Below are positions 11,628 to 23,848 of a DNA stretch of 64,000 nt, piece by piece. This DNA comes from Rhizodiscina lignyota (taxonomy: Eukaryota). The position numbers were made by a program, and so were the translations under genes. The stretch covers positions 2,170,001-2,234,000 of the forward strand of contig ML978124.1 of the NCBI GenBank assembly GCA_010015805.1, in the 5' to 3' direction. The notes under the pieces were generated by a model that saw only the letters and a program-made list of their open reading frames with translations, ran no database searches and was not told the origin of the DNA. Each line of letters begins with the position of its first letter. Within the stretch, counting starts at the first letter, position 1.

Positions 11628-12278
11628 AAAGCAAACTCGGCCAAGAGCTCACGCAAAAGAGCATCTTGATATGCAGAGATAGATCGAATGGATACGATAC
11701 GACACGAGTTCAATACCAATATCAACGGTATATAATTTACATCCCACATAACGTTCATTTCGAGAAATAGTATTTCTCTGCATATAAATTAGCGTCTAAT
11801 ACATGATTTAACGAGCTTCAGAAGTTCCATTTCCCAGTTTCATGTTCGTGCAGTCTCCCGAATTCGCATGAGCTTGTGCGGCACAGCAATGCAGCGATCC
11901 GCCATCAGCCACGCTCGTTTCATTTCCCTACCTGATAAATAGCGCAAAGCATGGGAAGAGACGGATGCCTGTAATTGTTGATATTCTGTTGCCTTATGGC
12001 CTTTCAGCATGCTACCCAGAGGGCTGGACACCGACACCTCCCCGATATCTCGAGCGCTCCTCTTTTGTGGCTGAGATTTCACCCCGTCCAATAGCGCATT
12101 AGATTTATTCCTCTGCTTCCATTACCTCAATACATGTCTCCTCTAGAGTCTAACGTATCCTCGAGGATCTGAGTATGACAGCCCTCGCAGACAATCATGG
12201 ATACGCTCAGCTCCACTTCATCGATACGAAGCCGACCTCCCTCGCTCGAAGCAACAACCACAATGCAAATGGTCAGTC

Positions 12279-12779
12279 ATGCATTTCTGGAGCTCCGTTA
12301 ACAGTAACTCAACTCCCAGCTCAGCCGACAAACCGTCGCTAGCTCGTCGTGATCCCTCGATCAATGCCGGGGCCATCGTAGTCCCCCTCGTCAGCCTCTT
12401 CCTCCTCGCACTAGTCGCGGCTTTCATCATACGTCACAAAATCCGCGAGCGGAAAGCCATGGACGGCTTTCTCCCAGTGATGCGACCGCCGCCAATCTTA
12501 CCACCGCCGCGCGACGGCGCTACAGAGCTAGACGCGAGCTGCACCCATACGCCGGCTGAGCTCCCAGCGCACGTGCCAGGGTGGAGGATATTTGGAAAAC
12601 GAGTGAGTTGTTTGGCGGTTTCTACGAGCCTGCTCAGCAGGGCAGTCCTAGCAACGAGACCAGTGGCGAGGCGGAAGTTGGACGGACAGGTGTCAGGCCT
12701 GCGATTCACAGCAGAGGAGTCTTCAGATAAGAGAGTTGGAGTCGTTAAAGTAATACACCTGTCGGGTAGCCGCACCTGA
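12279..12779 (+). CDS. Small single-pass membrane protein with Pro-rich cytoplasmic tail, hypothetical (3' end uncertain)
   Basis: AGAIVVPLVSLFLLALVAAFII then RHKIRERK, PPPILPPP and ELDA/AELP motifs. Confidence 0.45.
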   Translation: MHFWSSVNSNSTPSSADKPSLARRDPSINAGAIVVPLVSLFLLALVAAFIIRHKIRERKAMDGFLPVMRPPPILPPPRDGATELDASCTHTPAELPAHVPGWRIFGKRVSCLAVSTSLLSRAVLATRPVARRKLDGQVSGLRFTAEESSDKRVGVVKVIHLSGSRT

Positions 12780-13421
12780 TATGTAGGAAGTCTAGGAAAG
12801 ACGTCCACGATATTTATGACATAATCTTATCAATGGTAGGGAGCGATGCCTTCCGCTTGAACTGCTCCGCAGCAACACGTTTGAACGCAGCAGAAGCCAC
12901 CTCAACCCACCGCCTAGCATTGCACTACTTTGACTTGCTTTTATGGCAGGCGTACTTAGCAATTCTTCACCGCGAGCAATTGCAGTAATGTTGATGTCAT
13001 GTCATGTTACGGCTCTTTCCAGCGCCCACGCAGTATTTCTCATTCCGCTCTATATACATCTGCAAATCCGTGGCTTGCGCTCAGCTGATAGCACACAAAG
13101 GTGTCTTCGAAGCCGACAGCGCCTCTGGGTATCCAAAATAGTCGTATGTACATCGCAATCTTTCTCTCGTTCGGAATCCGTGCTCTTCCTCGTTAGGCCG
13201 CACTGACGCGGCCCGCATTCCGCATTACATTGCGAATGCTGCTGCCCTTCAAAACAATACAATTAGTGAACGTCATGGGCCCGAGCCGGGGCGCACAATG
13301 CAGGTTATATCCCAACGCGTAACGACCGTATCGAATGCAATATTTCTCTTGCCGTCTCTTCCAAGTGCCAATAGCCTCCTCAAACACATTATCCCCAAGT
13401 AGTAGGTCCTCGCTCTCTAGC

Positions 13422-14956
13422 TCAAAGATTATCGCAAATAGCACCATACTTCCTCGCCGTCAGCGGCTGCGGGAAGACGCCGGCGTCGATGAGCGCGAAC
13501 GCGTCCCACTCGTGCGCGGCCTCGGTCTTGAAGTTCCAGAAGCACCAGCCTTGGGTGCGCTGCTCGAACGCCTCCATCTGCGCCTCGATGTAGCCGCGCG
13601 TGTCGTCCTTGTACCACTGCGGCCAGTTCTTCACGTTGTTGTACATGCCGCACGAGCCGACCTTTGTGGAGCCGGGGTAGGTGCCGTCGTAGCGGGCGCC
13701 GATTCTATAGCCTAGAGGGGGGAGTATATTAGCAGGCGTTCAATGGGCGAGATTTAGTAAGGAAGAGGATATTCGTACCATTAAGCGCAGGCGCGCAATC
13801 TGTCATTGCGGCCGACCACTCCCCAACGAAGGTCCACTTGTCTGCGTCGCTGTATGCACCGGCGCGATTGCACACCGCCTGCCTGTGCTGCCATGGCACC
13901 ATCGCGATATCGCCATCGGAGAAGACTTGATACTCGTGATGGTCGACAGCAACATTCTGCGCATTGCCGTCGGACGGCGTCAGGAAACCGTTCCACTCAT
14001 CCGGCTGGCGGAAGGCATCATGAAGAACGACGGTGGTGTCTGACGTCTTGCGCGTGTTCTTGAAGCCCTGGCGGTAGAAGGTATAGATATCGGGGACACT
14101 GAGGGCGGGCGAGAAGGGCTCGTTCAGCAGCTCGATTCCAGCGACGACGTCTTGGTAGGAGGGCTTCGCATATTTGGACGAGATAGTCTGGAGGATCTTG
14201 AGTGTCCTCTGGGCAGTTGGCCCACCAGCGCCGCCTTTTAGCCAGCCGATCTGCGATACTGGCAATCGTTCTCCAGAATTGTCGTAACCGTTTTGACTAC
14301 CAGGTGCACCATGGAGGTCGATGATCACCTTAAGCGGCGGGTTCGTGGTCCTAGCCCAGCCAATGGCCTTGTCGAGGTAGGGCGCAGCGCCCTTAACATA
14401 CGGCGTGTTGGCGTTGTCGTAGGCCCAGAAACCGATTGGGATGCGGACGACGTTGAAGCCGGATGAAGCGATCTTCTGGAAATCGGAGAATGTACACCAG
14501 GTGTCCCAGTGCTTCTTTAGGATGCCTGGTGCACTCTTGGGGAGCTTCTTCCCGAGTGTGTATTCGTCGACTATTTTGAGAGACTGATCAACTTTCTGGA
14601 AGATTGAAGGTGTGATCCACCTGAAGTGTACGTCAGCATTATAGAAAGCTCTTCCTACCAGATGAGGATCTATTGTAAGGCATGCCATTATGTTGACAGC
14701 TGCACGGTGGGGAGCATAAGGTGAATAAGACTTACGGTTCCAGGACGAGCCATCCTCCAACATTGATGCCTCGAATCTTTTCACCGCCCCAATTGAAGTC
14801 GACTTTCCGTTCCTCTCTACAAAAGGTCGTTAGCGCACCTCCATAGTAGCTTCATCGGCTGCACTATTATAGTGTACCGAGATAGGCAACTTACAATGGC
14901 ACCGAGAGAGCTGCTTGAGCGGCAACAAGGGCAGTGAGAGCCAGCCGGAGAAACAT
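13422..14956 (-). CDS. Secreted glucan 1,3-beta-glucosidase (GH5, Exg1/ExgA-like), 3 introns
   Basis: Signal peptide MFLRLALTALVAAQAALSVP; IRGINVGGWLVLEP|WITPS, DLHGAPGSQNGYDNSG, catalytic ELLNEP and VGEWS, GWCFWNFKTE. Confidence 0.92.
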
Positions 14957-17900
14957 ATTGCTGATATTGGCAGTAATAGCAATATTTTGTCGTTTGATAA
15001 ACCGAAAGGCAACGCACCGCAGCAACCCAAGCCTCGCAACGTCGAACGGCGGATTGCAAGAAGCTCTGCAGAGAAGAAGCGCGTGGGGACGGCGACCAAA
15101 AAATAACAAACGATGATTCAATTGTCCAATGGGCCGAGCTTTGTCTCAGTGTATTTTGCTGTCTTGCAAACAATTGCGGAATGCGCTGATACCACCACCA
15201 ATGATCTGCAGGGTTTCAAGCGTTGCGTTGGAATGCAGCGACCTCGTAAGCTTTGCGACAAGCGAGAATGAGGGAGATTACTCCGTAGAATAGTGATAAC
15301 AAGAGACAAGAGAAACAGCTCAGGATATGAACGATTGGGCTGGGTTTAGCTGTATGTGTCGGCGGGTTCCTGCGCAGCTGTTCCGGTTCCTGGAGGCTGG
15401 CAAAGCACCACTATCTCGATGCAAACAGCCCTGCGGAAGCGAGCGCAGCAGGACGGAAATGGCGAAAGTGAGCGAGTGGAAAAGTGAAGAAATGCATGCG
15501 TGGGAGCAGGAAACGATTTTACTTAACCAAACACGTCTGATAACCTGTTTTCGGCGGAGCTTCGAGGTCGCGTTGCTGCTGGCCACGCTTCCATGTTTGC
15601 AGCGGGTCTGGGTGAGGACGAAGCTGAGAGGCTCCAGTGTTTTCTGCGCAGTGGGTCTCTAATGGATGAGATTCATGCGAAAAGGGGAATGATAGGCCAG
15701 ACAGCACGTCGGCGTGCCTGGCGACAAGGGCCTGCCAACTCTGAGCCAACTTCTTTCGGCCCATTCTCTCGAGCTTTTGCCTGCCGAGCGTTGGCCGTGG
15801 ATGCTTGAGCAGCCTTATGAGGCCTCTGTCATCTCGGTGCCCACGCACGTTGCTATGCAGAGCGCGGTGGCTGTGATTATTGATAAAGCTGCAGCTGAGA
15901 GGAGCTGTCCGTGGCATGTCTGCACCCTTCCTCCGACGCCCGCCCTCTCTTTGGACTGTACGAGCAGCGGAATTGCCGCCATCCGCGAGCCGCGCTGGCA
16001 AAGCTCTTGTCGTTGATATTGACACGGCCGACTCTGGCAGTGATGTGCAGCGATGCAGGTTGAGGGAGAGGCGCTGGAAGGCTAGGGGTTCCACAGCCAC
16101 CATCGAGGCACGGCAAGCCAATCTGGAAGGCAGCGGCCACTGACAAGGTGGCGTCCAAGCCTCTGAAACGACCTTATTAATGCGCGAGGCCCTGCCGTCG
16201 ATCTGCGAGTGATAAGGCGCGCGTCGCGTTGCAGCTCTTCATTTAATCGCGATGCACACATTGAAGCGACTTCGGCAGCTTGGAGTCGTGAGAGAGGATC
16301 ACTGCTCATCGTTCCACTTCCCATCCACATGCTCCTTCACATGTTCGATGGCACGAATGCAGGGGGAGACATTAGCGTCGCGTGGGAAAAGGCTTGTTTC
16401 CTCGCCTCCCGTCTGTTTTTAGCACGATACCTTGCCGCCTCGTGTCCGAGAGACACCTGCAATCCTTCTGAAACAAAGCTACATGAGCATTTTCTGCAAT
16501 CAGTTCAAAGTTGCGCGCCGAAAGAGATTCTGTCAATGAAGAGCAATACGCTCGGAGATATTGGACTCATATTATCTCGCATAGATCACTCCTGAATCAA
16601 ACCTTTCGTCTTAAAGTCAAATCGTCTCTTAGCTCTCGATCTCTGTTTTCCATTTGCGATCTTCTTCTTTGCTTATAAACAGCATCCGCAAGGATAATCT
16701 CTTTAAGAGCGCTACGCATTCAGTGCAGATTGTGCAGATTGTATGATGGATCTCATAGACGTTGCTTCGCTTAGGCGCAGAGGAAGCATTCAATGATGCG
16801 CGGAATCTAGTTCTACAGTTTGCTCATACTTGCAGAGCTCCATGGGCTTGCGCAGGAAAGCATCTTCCACTAGGCTCGCCCTGCATGCAGAGGTATTGCG
16901 CAAGTATACACTCTCACTCGAGGCGTGGCTTCTCTTATTGATGGAGGATGTATTCGAGGCTACCCGAACTGTGGTAACGGGGCTCGACTGGGCTTACGGA
17001 AATTCACGAGCCCGTCCGATTGACCATCTCCGACGACGTCCGCACCATCTGCAGAGGGTAGAGCTCTGACTCTTTTGGCTCCGAGCGAGAGAGTGGTTCG
17101 GCTTCAGAGTCGAGGGCAACGCCAGGTTCTGATAGCTGACCCGATAGTTGCGACCGTTCCACAGCTCGTGATTGACGATGTTCGTGGTCTCCAGAGCGCT
17201 CAGCGGCCTAGAACGGAACATGCGATCGCGCGACTTTCCTCCAAGCGTTCACTCTCGCGCGCTTATTCCCTTCTTCTAGAATGTAGCCGTCCAAGTATCC
17301 GAAATCTCGGAGGCGATAGTCCCAGGCGTGAAGCGCGCTAGATCTTTACTCTTGTACAAATCTCACTTGTATTTGACGACACTCTCGCTCGCTCATGTTC
17401 CAGGGCTCTCCAGCCAAGTCGTTTGATCTATAAAGTCGTCTAGTCGTATACGTTCGCGCTTGAAGCTTAGAGAAGGATCCTTCGGCGAGCAATCACAATT
17501 CACACTCAAGCCGACAAATTCCTTTCCGAGTCAGCACTCTACAGCTCCTGCTCAAAGCTAGGCGGCCAAGTCAAACACACTCCGGATTATAGATGATCGA
17601 AGCTCTAGAGGTGCTCTCACCTGCCTTGAAAAGGGAGACTTATTTGCTTTATTATGTTATAACCATACCCGTCCCCCGCCTCTATCACGCACTACTTAGC
17701 CTTCTATAGCTCCCGTTGAAAGCCGTGCGGTCAAGTCAAACACATTCTGGTACAAACATAACTGTATTTTCGTATGTCAGCACAAATTTGTTCGGTAGAC
17801 TCCGAACACCTCCCAAGGCATCCTCCATCTATAATCGAGGTAGCATCTTTCACGAACAGACTTGGCCGCTTGTTCACCTCCAAATACAAAACACGGGACT

Positions 17901-18519
17901 GTTTTACTCTGCCCATGGATCCGGCGCATAGTCTTCGAACGGTAGTCTCACGCTCACACTCACTTGTAGTAGGCCTAGAAGTCCTTGCAAGAAGCTGGAC
18001 AGACCGTGCAAGAATGCCTGACAGCCTAGTACGAATGCGTTGCTATTTTGGTATGTTTGATCGACGAATGAGACGTCGATACGAAGTCTTGCCACATATT
18101 TCCATGACAGTTATTCTGCGCCCGAATCCATTGCGACTTCACGTTCTTGAAGCGAAAAGATGCCCGGAGAAATCGAGATTTCAAAAGTTTGTAGAGCGCG
18201 GCCACGTTGTAGCGAGAAGCAAAGCTTGCTCTTCAGGAAGAGTGGGAGCATTGCTAGAAGTTTGGTTACAATTGATCAGAAGTGTGTTTAACCTAGGTGC
18301 GCAGTCTGAAGTAGAGGGTATGAAGGTCCGTCTCGCGCTGGTAGACCTGAAGAGCGGGCTTGGCTGTAATGCAGCAAGGCAGGCAAGTTTTGCTCCTTAA
18401 CACAAGCGGTAACAGCTCTGGAGCCTTGTTTATCTACGCTTTGGAGTGTATTTGACATTGATGCACGACTTTGAATAGAAGCTGCACAGCAGCCTCAAGA
18501 CATCAAGTACCCCAGCAGC

Positions 18520-19701
18520 TCATGCCGCTAGAGCTTTAATGAATGCTCGACTTTCGCTCCCTTCTGTGACCTTGGATATTGGAGTCAGATGCGCTCCCTC
18601 ATTTCCAGGGCCTTCGGCTTCCTGAAGCTGCCGAACATAAGCCTGAGCCACTCTGATCCAAACACCCTTCTCCGCTGTACTTGCACTCGCGCCTTGCCAG
18701 ACCCATATAGCCTTGCCGGTGTCGAGGATAAAGAGATCATTACCGTCGAGGTCTTCGTTGGAGATGTCGCCTTCCTTGACCAATCCGAACTCCAGCTTGC
18801 CGGAGGCGTCGCTGAGGCGGAACAGCCTGCGTGGTCGTCCGTCTGCTTCGCTTCGCGTGAGCGGTCTCGAAGCTTTGAAAGACGGCTGGTCCGTCTCACC
18901 ACCTCCCAACAAGTTGACAACAAGACGGGATCTTGACTCTGCTTGTGAAAGAACCTCGACATCCACGTGCTTCGCAATGGTCATATCGTGGACCACCTGT
19001 GCTGCCTTGGCCTTCTCCATCGGACTGCATTTCTTGCCTTGCCAGACCCAGATCTTGTCGCCGCGATCAAGCACAAAAACATCGTCTTCGTCGAGGCTCT
19101 CCCACGTCGGCTCGACCTCGTGAACGACGATCGAGTCGGTACGGCCAGCAGCCGGATGCTTGAAGATGCGCAACAGCGTGAGAGTCTCCTTTGGCTTCTC
19201 CTCTTCCACGTGCGTGAATCCAGAGCGGACACCTCCTTTCAGAATCTGCAGACGTGGGAAAAGAGCGACGAAGTTCTCCGAGGGCTGCTGCTGGATCTCG
19301 CGGTACTGAGTCGCAACGCCGTGCAAGAATTCGTCCAACTCGACCGTCTTGTACGCGGCGGTACCTGCTTCATCTTGCGAGGTCTTGCTGCCGAGCCAGA
19401 AGAAGATATCGTGGGCGAGCTTCTCTTCCTCCTTGCCGCCGATTTTGTAAGAGTGCAGTACGATATAGCTGTCGCCGTCGTAGAACTGGCCGTATTTGTT
19501 CTTGGGCCAAGGGACTACCTCGAAGTCCTCGATTCGCCAGATCCGCAAGCCGGCCTGTCCCACTTGACCGTCATTCCAAGCGGGCTCTGTTGCGGCTGAC
19601 TTGTACTTGACGTCGTGGTCGATGTTTGTCCCAATCAGCTCAACGTTGCTATCCTTTACATCGTACTCTTTTAGATGTACTAGGCCCTCATGTGGTGGCA
19701 T
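18520..19701 (-). CDS. Gelsolin/severin/fragmin-family actin-binding protein (3 gelsolin domains)
   Basis: GLRIWRIEDFEVVPWP, GQFYDGDSYIVL, IFFWLGSKTSQDEAGTAAYKTVELD, DVFVLD..DKIWVWQG. Confidence 0.92.
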   Translation of the reverse strand: MPPHEGLVHLKEYDVKDSNVELIGTNIDHDVKYKSAATEPAWNDGQVGQAGLRIWRIEDFEVVPWPKNKYGQFYDGDSYIVLHSYKIGGKEEEKLAHDIFFWLGSKTSQDEAGTAAYKTVELDEFLHGVATQYREIQQQPSENFVALFPRLQILKGGVRSGFTHVEEEKPKETLTLLRIFKHPAAGRTDSIVVHEVEPTWESLDEDDVFVLDRGDKIWVWQGKKCSPMEKAKAAQVVHDMTIAKHVDVEVLSQAESRSRLVVNLLGGGETDQPSFKASRPLTRSEADGRPRRLFRLSDASGKLEFGLVKEGDISNEDLDGNDLFILDTGKAIWVWQGASASTAEKGVWIRVAQAYVRQLQEAEGPGNEGAHLTPISKVTEGSESRAFIKALAA

Positions 19702-19854
19702 CTTCTCTGTGTGAAATGCTCAATCTCGCTGAAATACAAGGTCGGAGTGAGTGTGTCAATACTCCAGTGTTCGATGCATCAAATCGCTTCTGAGCCAGAG
19801 ATGGTGGCTGACGGGGCTGAAACGTTTGTTGACGCGGCGGGTCTTGGACGAACT

Positions 19855-20090
19855 GGAACTTGCACATGTAGATCGAGCTGCGATACGATTATGTGCGGGC
19901 GCTCAACTTATGGCTTGCACAGATAGACCGAACATTTTCTTTAATTTAGTGTACTCGCTCGACACTCAGCTTGCGCACATAGATCGAGGTTTTATTCAAT
20001 TATGAGTCCGCGCTGAACCTGCAGCTTGCCTACATGGACAGAGCATTGCCTCAATGGAATGTACTCGCTCAACTTCCAGCTTGCACATGG
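19855..20090 (+). repeat. Degenerate ~55-bp tandem repeat, locus 2 (4 full units plus start of a fifth)
   Basis: CTTGC core at 19859, 19914, 19970, 20025, 20080; alternate units are more alike (tgtactcgctc in units 2 and 4; attatg..gcgct in units 1 and 3). Confidence 0.8.
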
Positions 20091-20589
20091 CCTTTACATT
20101 GGCTCATCAAGCCGATTTGACCGCGAACTAATTAATAGACGGCAAAGATGAACGCCCGAAGACTCTGTCGTATATATCTAAACAACATTGCCCTCTACAC
20201 CTTCCAAAGCGTGCATTAGGATACACCTTTCCCGCTCAGACCTATCTTCCTCTTGCAAGACCTGCGCTTGCCACGATGAATGGGTTGGACCGGCAACTAG
20301 GTCGCGACTAATTTCGAATATGATATGTTCTGTTGAACATCCATATGCGGCGAAGGCAGTAGCGCGTGAGACAGCTATCATGGGACAATTTCCCCACGCC
20401 ACACAGGGCTCGTCACGAAGTGGCACAGCTGGACGAGTGCGGGTGCAAGGGGCAACGCTGGTGCCCGTAATCATCTTGCAGTACTTGCTCTGTGACTCTC
20501 CGGACAAGAAATAAGAACTGGAAGACCTCCAACAGGGTGAGTGTTCGGCTTATAACTTCTGGCGCAACTCCACGCGGAGCGAGACAAGC

Positions 20590-20695
20590 TCGGAATTACT
20601 GCAGACTCGTTGCATCACCGGATGAGAAACCAGAGACAAGTAGGCGGCAATCTGTATTATCAACTCAACCTGGAATTTATTGAAAGAGCTGTGCG
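20590..20695 (-). pseudogene. F-box-like motif in a stop-interrupted reading frame
   Basis: HSSFNKFQVELIIQIAAYLSLVSHPVMQRVCSN resembles the F-box consensus LPxELIxxIxxYL...LxxVC; no long ORF around it. Confidence 0.4.
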
Positions 20696-21168
20696 TGAGA
20701 TTGTATATTTGATGTTCCTGAATTTAGAGGATGAGAGCACCTCGGAGTTTGTAGGAGGTAGATCGCAGGAGTCGTCGTCACGTAGAGGTCTTCGCCGAGA
20801 CAGCTTCCAATCGGATCCACGCAGCCCTCCCCAGGGCAGGAGATCTTTCCGCAGTTCCATCTGGGAAGAATTGGTCAATATAGTTGATTCAGTATCCTTC
20901 TCTTGCATAGCGAACTACTTGTGAGGTTGTTTCTTGATTAACCGCACCCATGCTGATTCCAGCAAGCCGTAACGACTACGGTTGAGCAGCTCTTACACTT
21001 CGAAGTAAACGACACTATCTCCGAAGGTCAGTTCTACGCTCTCTGGAGTATACCTAACATCAACATTCCGTTGAGAGACTTGTACGCGTTATTGATGATA
21101 GAGGCTATACGCCTTGGCTGCTCAATGTCTTGAAAGCTGTGGGGGAACTCTTTTATTCCCGTCCACCT

Positions 21169-22748
21169 CTAAATTATCCGTATTGTCTGCGTCTCGATTC
21201 CATCAAACTCCTGCACTTCTTGCCCTCCAGGAGCCATGAAAGATGCAAGTCTTCTGTAAGTGCCTTCTTGGGTTTGCACAGCAGGAGCCCTCTCCAATCA
21301 CCATTAGGGTGTAGTGGAATCCACTGTCCGCGATCTGATTTCCACGGTCTTGACGGGTTGCGATCTTTAACCAAGAGGACAGCCCAGACGTCAAGATAAT
21401 CATCGGCGCCTTCCGGCCAACTGGGCTCTAGAAAATCAGGGAAGCACATCAGATCCTGGCCCTGCACGGAGACTTTGCCGTCTCCGCTGTTCAGATACCA
21501 TTGAGCTGGTGCGAGTTTGCCTTTCAGAGTAATCGTTCCGCCGGTGACAGCATCGAACTCTGAGTAAATTGGAGATGGAACAATCGAGGCATCCACGAGC
21601 TCTACAAGAGACTCTAGTTGATCGAAGCTCTGCATGCCGGAATAGGAAGTCTCTCCATCCAGAGAAGCCCAGGACCAGGAGGCAGCTCGAAACTTCTGAG
21701 GCACCGAGCAGTCATTCCACGGTGCATGCTAACAGAGGCAGTGCGGAAAATGCTCTTTCCACAAGCCTGCGAGATAAGTCAAGCTGAAGCGTGCGTGGTA
21801 AGTCCTCGCTAACGCAGAGATGGCAGGCAGCTTGTCGTCAGGATTGCTGAGATTGCGGGCAGTGTATGCCTCTACAATTGCCGCCCATTGACCCCACGTG
21901 TGCTGCACAGCTTCCCTTGAGCCCTCAAGAACTCCATCTATATGTGAATCCTCTTGAATAGACTCTAGGTCACCAGATAACCGATCCTCCCAGCCGGTGT
22001 TGTCTCCACTTTGTTCATCCGGCCTTGGATCGCCCGCAATGCGATCAAGGGTTTCGCAGCTCCAAATCAGCTGTTTTCGGGTATATATCAGTGCTCGAGG
22101 CGATAGTAGTCGTTCCTGATATGTCCAGCCGCGTTCGTCGATCGGTTCGCTGAAATCTTCCCTCTGATCGGTCTGTATCTGAGGCTCGAGAAACAGGATC
22201 CTCCCATCTGAGCCGTGGGAAGATTTGTAACGTAGGGCAACCGGTGGTAGTGTACTGTATGAATGCCCACGATCGTGAAGAAAGCTCTTATGAACACTTC
22301 GCGCGGAGGATGCGGTAATGGTTACAAGGGCGTGATGATAGATGTTTGGCATATCCCCGAGCTGAAGGGCAAGGTCGTTGGGGTCGTCTTGAATGATACA
22401 GAGAGAATCAATCCACATGTACGGGATGCCAACCGAGAGGGCTACTGTAGCTGCATCTTGAATAGTCCGGGGAAACCGGCTTGCAGGTAATCCCTCTTCA
22501 AGATCTTTCATCGTAGCTTTGGTAGCCTTCATTGGCTGGTCACCGCCCCAAACAGATGACAGAGCACACCAGGCAAGCAATTCCTCTGCTTGTGTTTCGA
22601 CAAGCTGCAATGAAACGTGGTTCTCTTCTAGCCGGACTTTCAATAATCGACTTGGTGGAGAAGTCTTCCTCATACGACAGCGAGTATGAGACGTTATGCA
22701 CTCGTTCAGCCACATTCTAGCAATCTCGAATGTCTCCTTTGAAGACAC
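21169..22748 (-). pseudogene. Heterokaryon incompatibility HET-domain gene with premature stop and frameshift
   Basis: ALSSVWG, PRTIQDA, YMWIDSLCIIQDD, RGWTYQERLLSPR, YLAGLW; TAG at 21729-21731 is in frame with downstream RAASWSWAS; family-like C-terminus GTYRRLA...FDGIETQTIRII* lies in a shifted frame after about 21270. Confidence 0.85.
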
Positions 22749-23848
22749 AAAAGGATTCGGCGGTTTTGATTAGTTGGTTAAAAAATAGGGCCAGAGCGTA
22801 TTCTGAAGGTCTAACTGCCTCTATTTCGCGAAAGGGGAGGACTCCGTACTCGACTCCGCCTGTATGAGGAGCGCTCGCGTGCATTATAGTACCGGCAGGG
22901 GCATGTGGACGCGTAGAACCGGCATGATGATGAGGTATTCGCCGTCGACCTCCTACAAGGTGGAAATGCGATTTACTACAGACATGGAGAACTCATTAAG
23001 AAGGTTCCACACTGCGGACGACGCGTTCACCGTCGTTCAGATGACACCGGTTTTCCGCAACTAGGACCTCGCGTTTCGCATCCATGTCGAAGGACCTCAA
23101 CGTCTTCATTAGCGGTCGTCCATTAGTCGTCGATAGTAAGGAGGAAAGGAGCCCAGTATTTGGCAGAACCTAAATAAGATATCAGAAATGGGCTATGTGG
23201 AAATAAAAAGTTGACGTAGAGGTATCCGATAAGGATCTGAACGAGCTCATCGCGACAAAAAAAGTTGACCATAGCTACAACACATGGAGATGTTGATGTG
23301 TCTAATCATTACTCTACGGTAAAGATAGACTGTGGTTGTTAAAGCTGTACTCGGTCAACAAAAACTAGCTGGCATTATCACACCGAGCTTTCGACGAAGC
23401 CCTCGCCTAAGCCAAAGAGTAAATCTTTATCGTGCTGCACACTTTTCGAGGCCTATCGGGGCCAGCTATTTTGTCACTCTCGACGCTAAGTAGTTCCGTA
23501 TCGTATACATACGATGGTGAGGGCTGCTTGGCAACTTCAGGAGACAGTTCCATTTCTCCAATGTTCTAGATAGCACTTAACAACGATAGCAATATCGTGA
23601 GCAAGTAGTGTTGAAAACTTCCGTTCGATTGTTCATCCCTTTGCGTAGCTAAAGTCACATGAAGCAGACCCCGACCAATTACGGAACATCTATCAAATGC
23701 CCCTCCCCAAAAGTCCATGAATCCGAGAAGTAATTAACACACCGCATTGGTATACCTGGAAACAATAAAGCACATCGCATCATTCCGGTTCAATCACTGT
23801 AGGCTGTCCTGTGCATCCTAACTGTGGCCACCATCGCCGAGAGCATAC

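Noticed and set aside
15000..17400. Many overlapping 60-200 aa ORFs upstream of the glucanase
   Set aside because: No motifs or coherent gene structure; likely a long regulatory/intergenic region
17774..18400. 208-aa plus ORF and broken minus-strand frames
   Set aside because: No recognisable domain; may be a decayed gene but unsupported
19855..20090. CRISPR interpretation of the 55-bp arrays
   Set aside because: Similarity spans whole units, with no identical repeats or unique spacers, no cas genes, and a eukaryotic context
23264..23359. Imperfect inverted repeat (GTTGACC...GGTCAAC), possible MITE
   Set aside because: Short interrupted arms, no clear TSD or second copy
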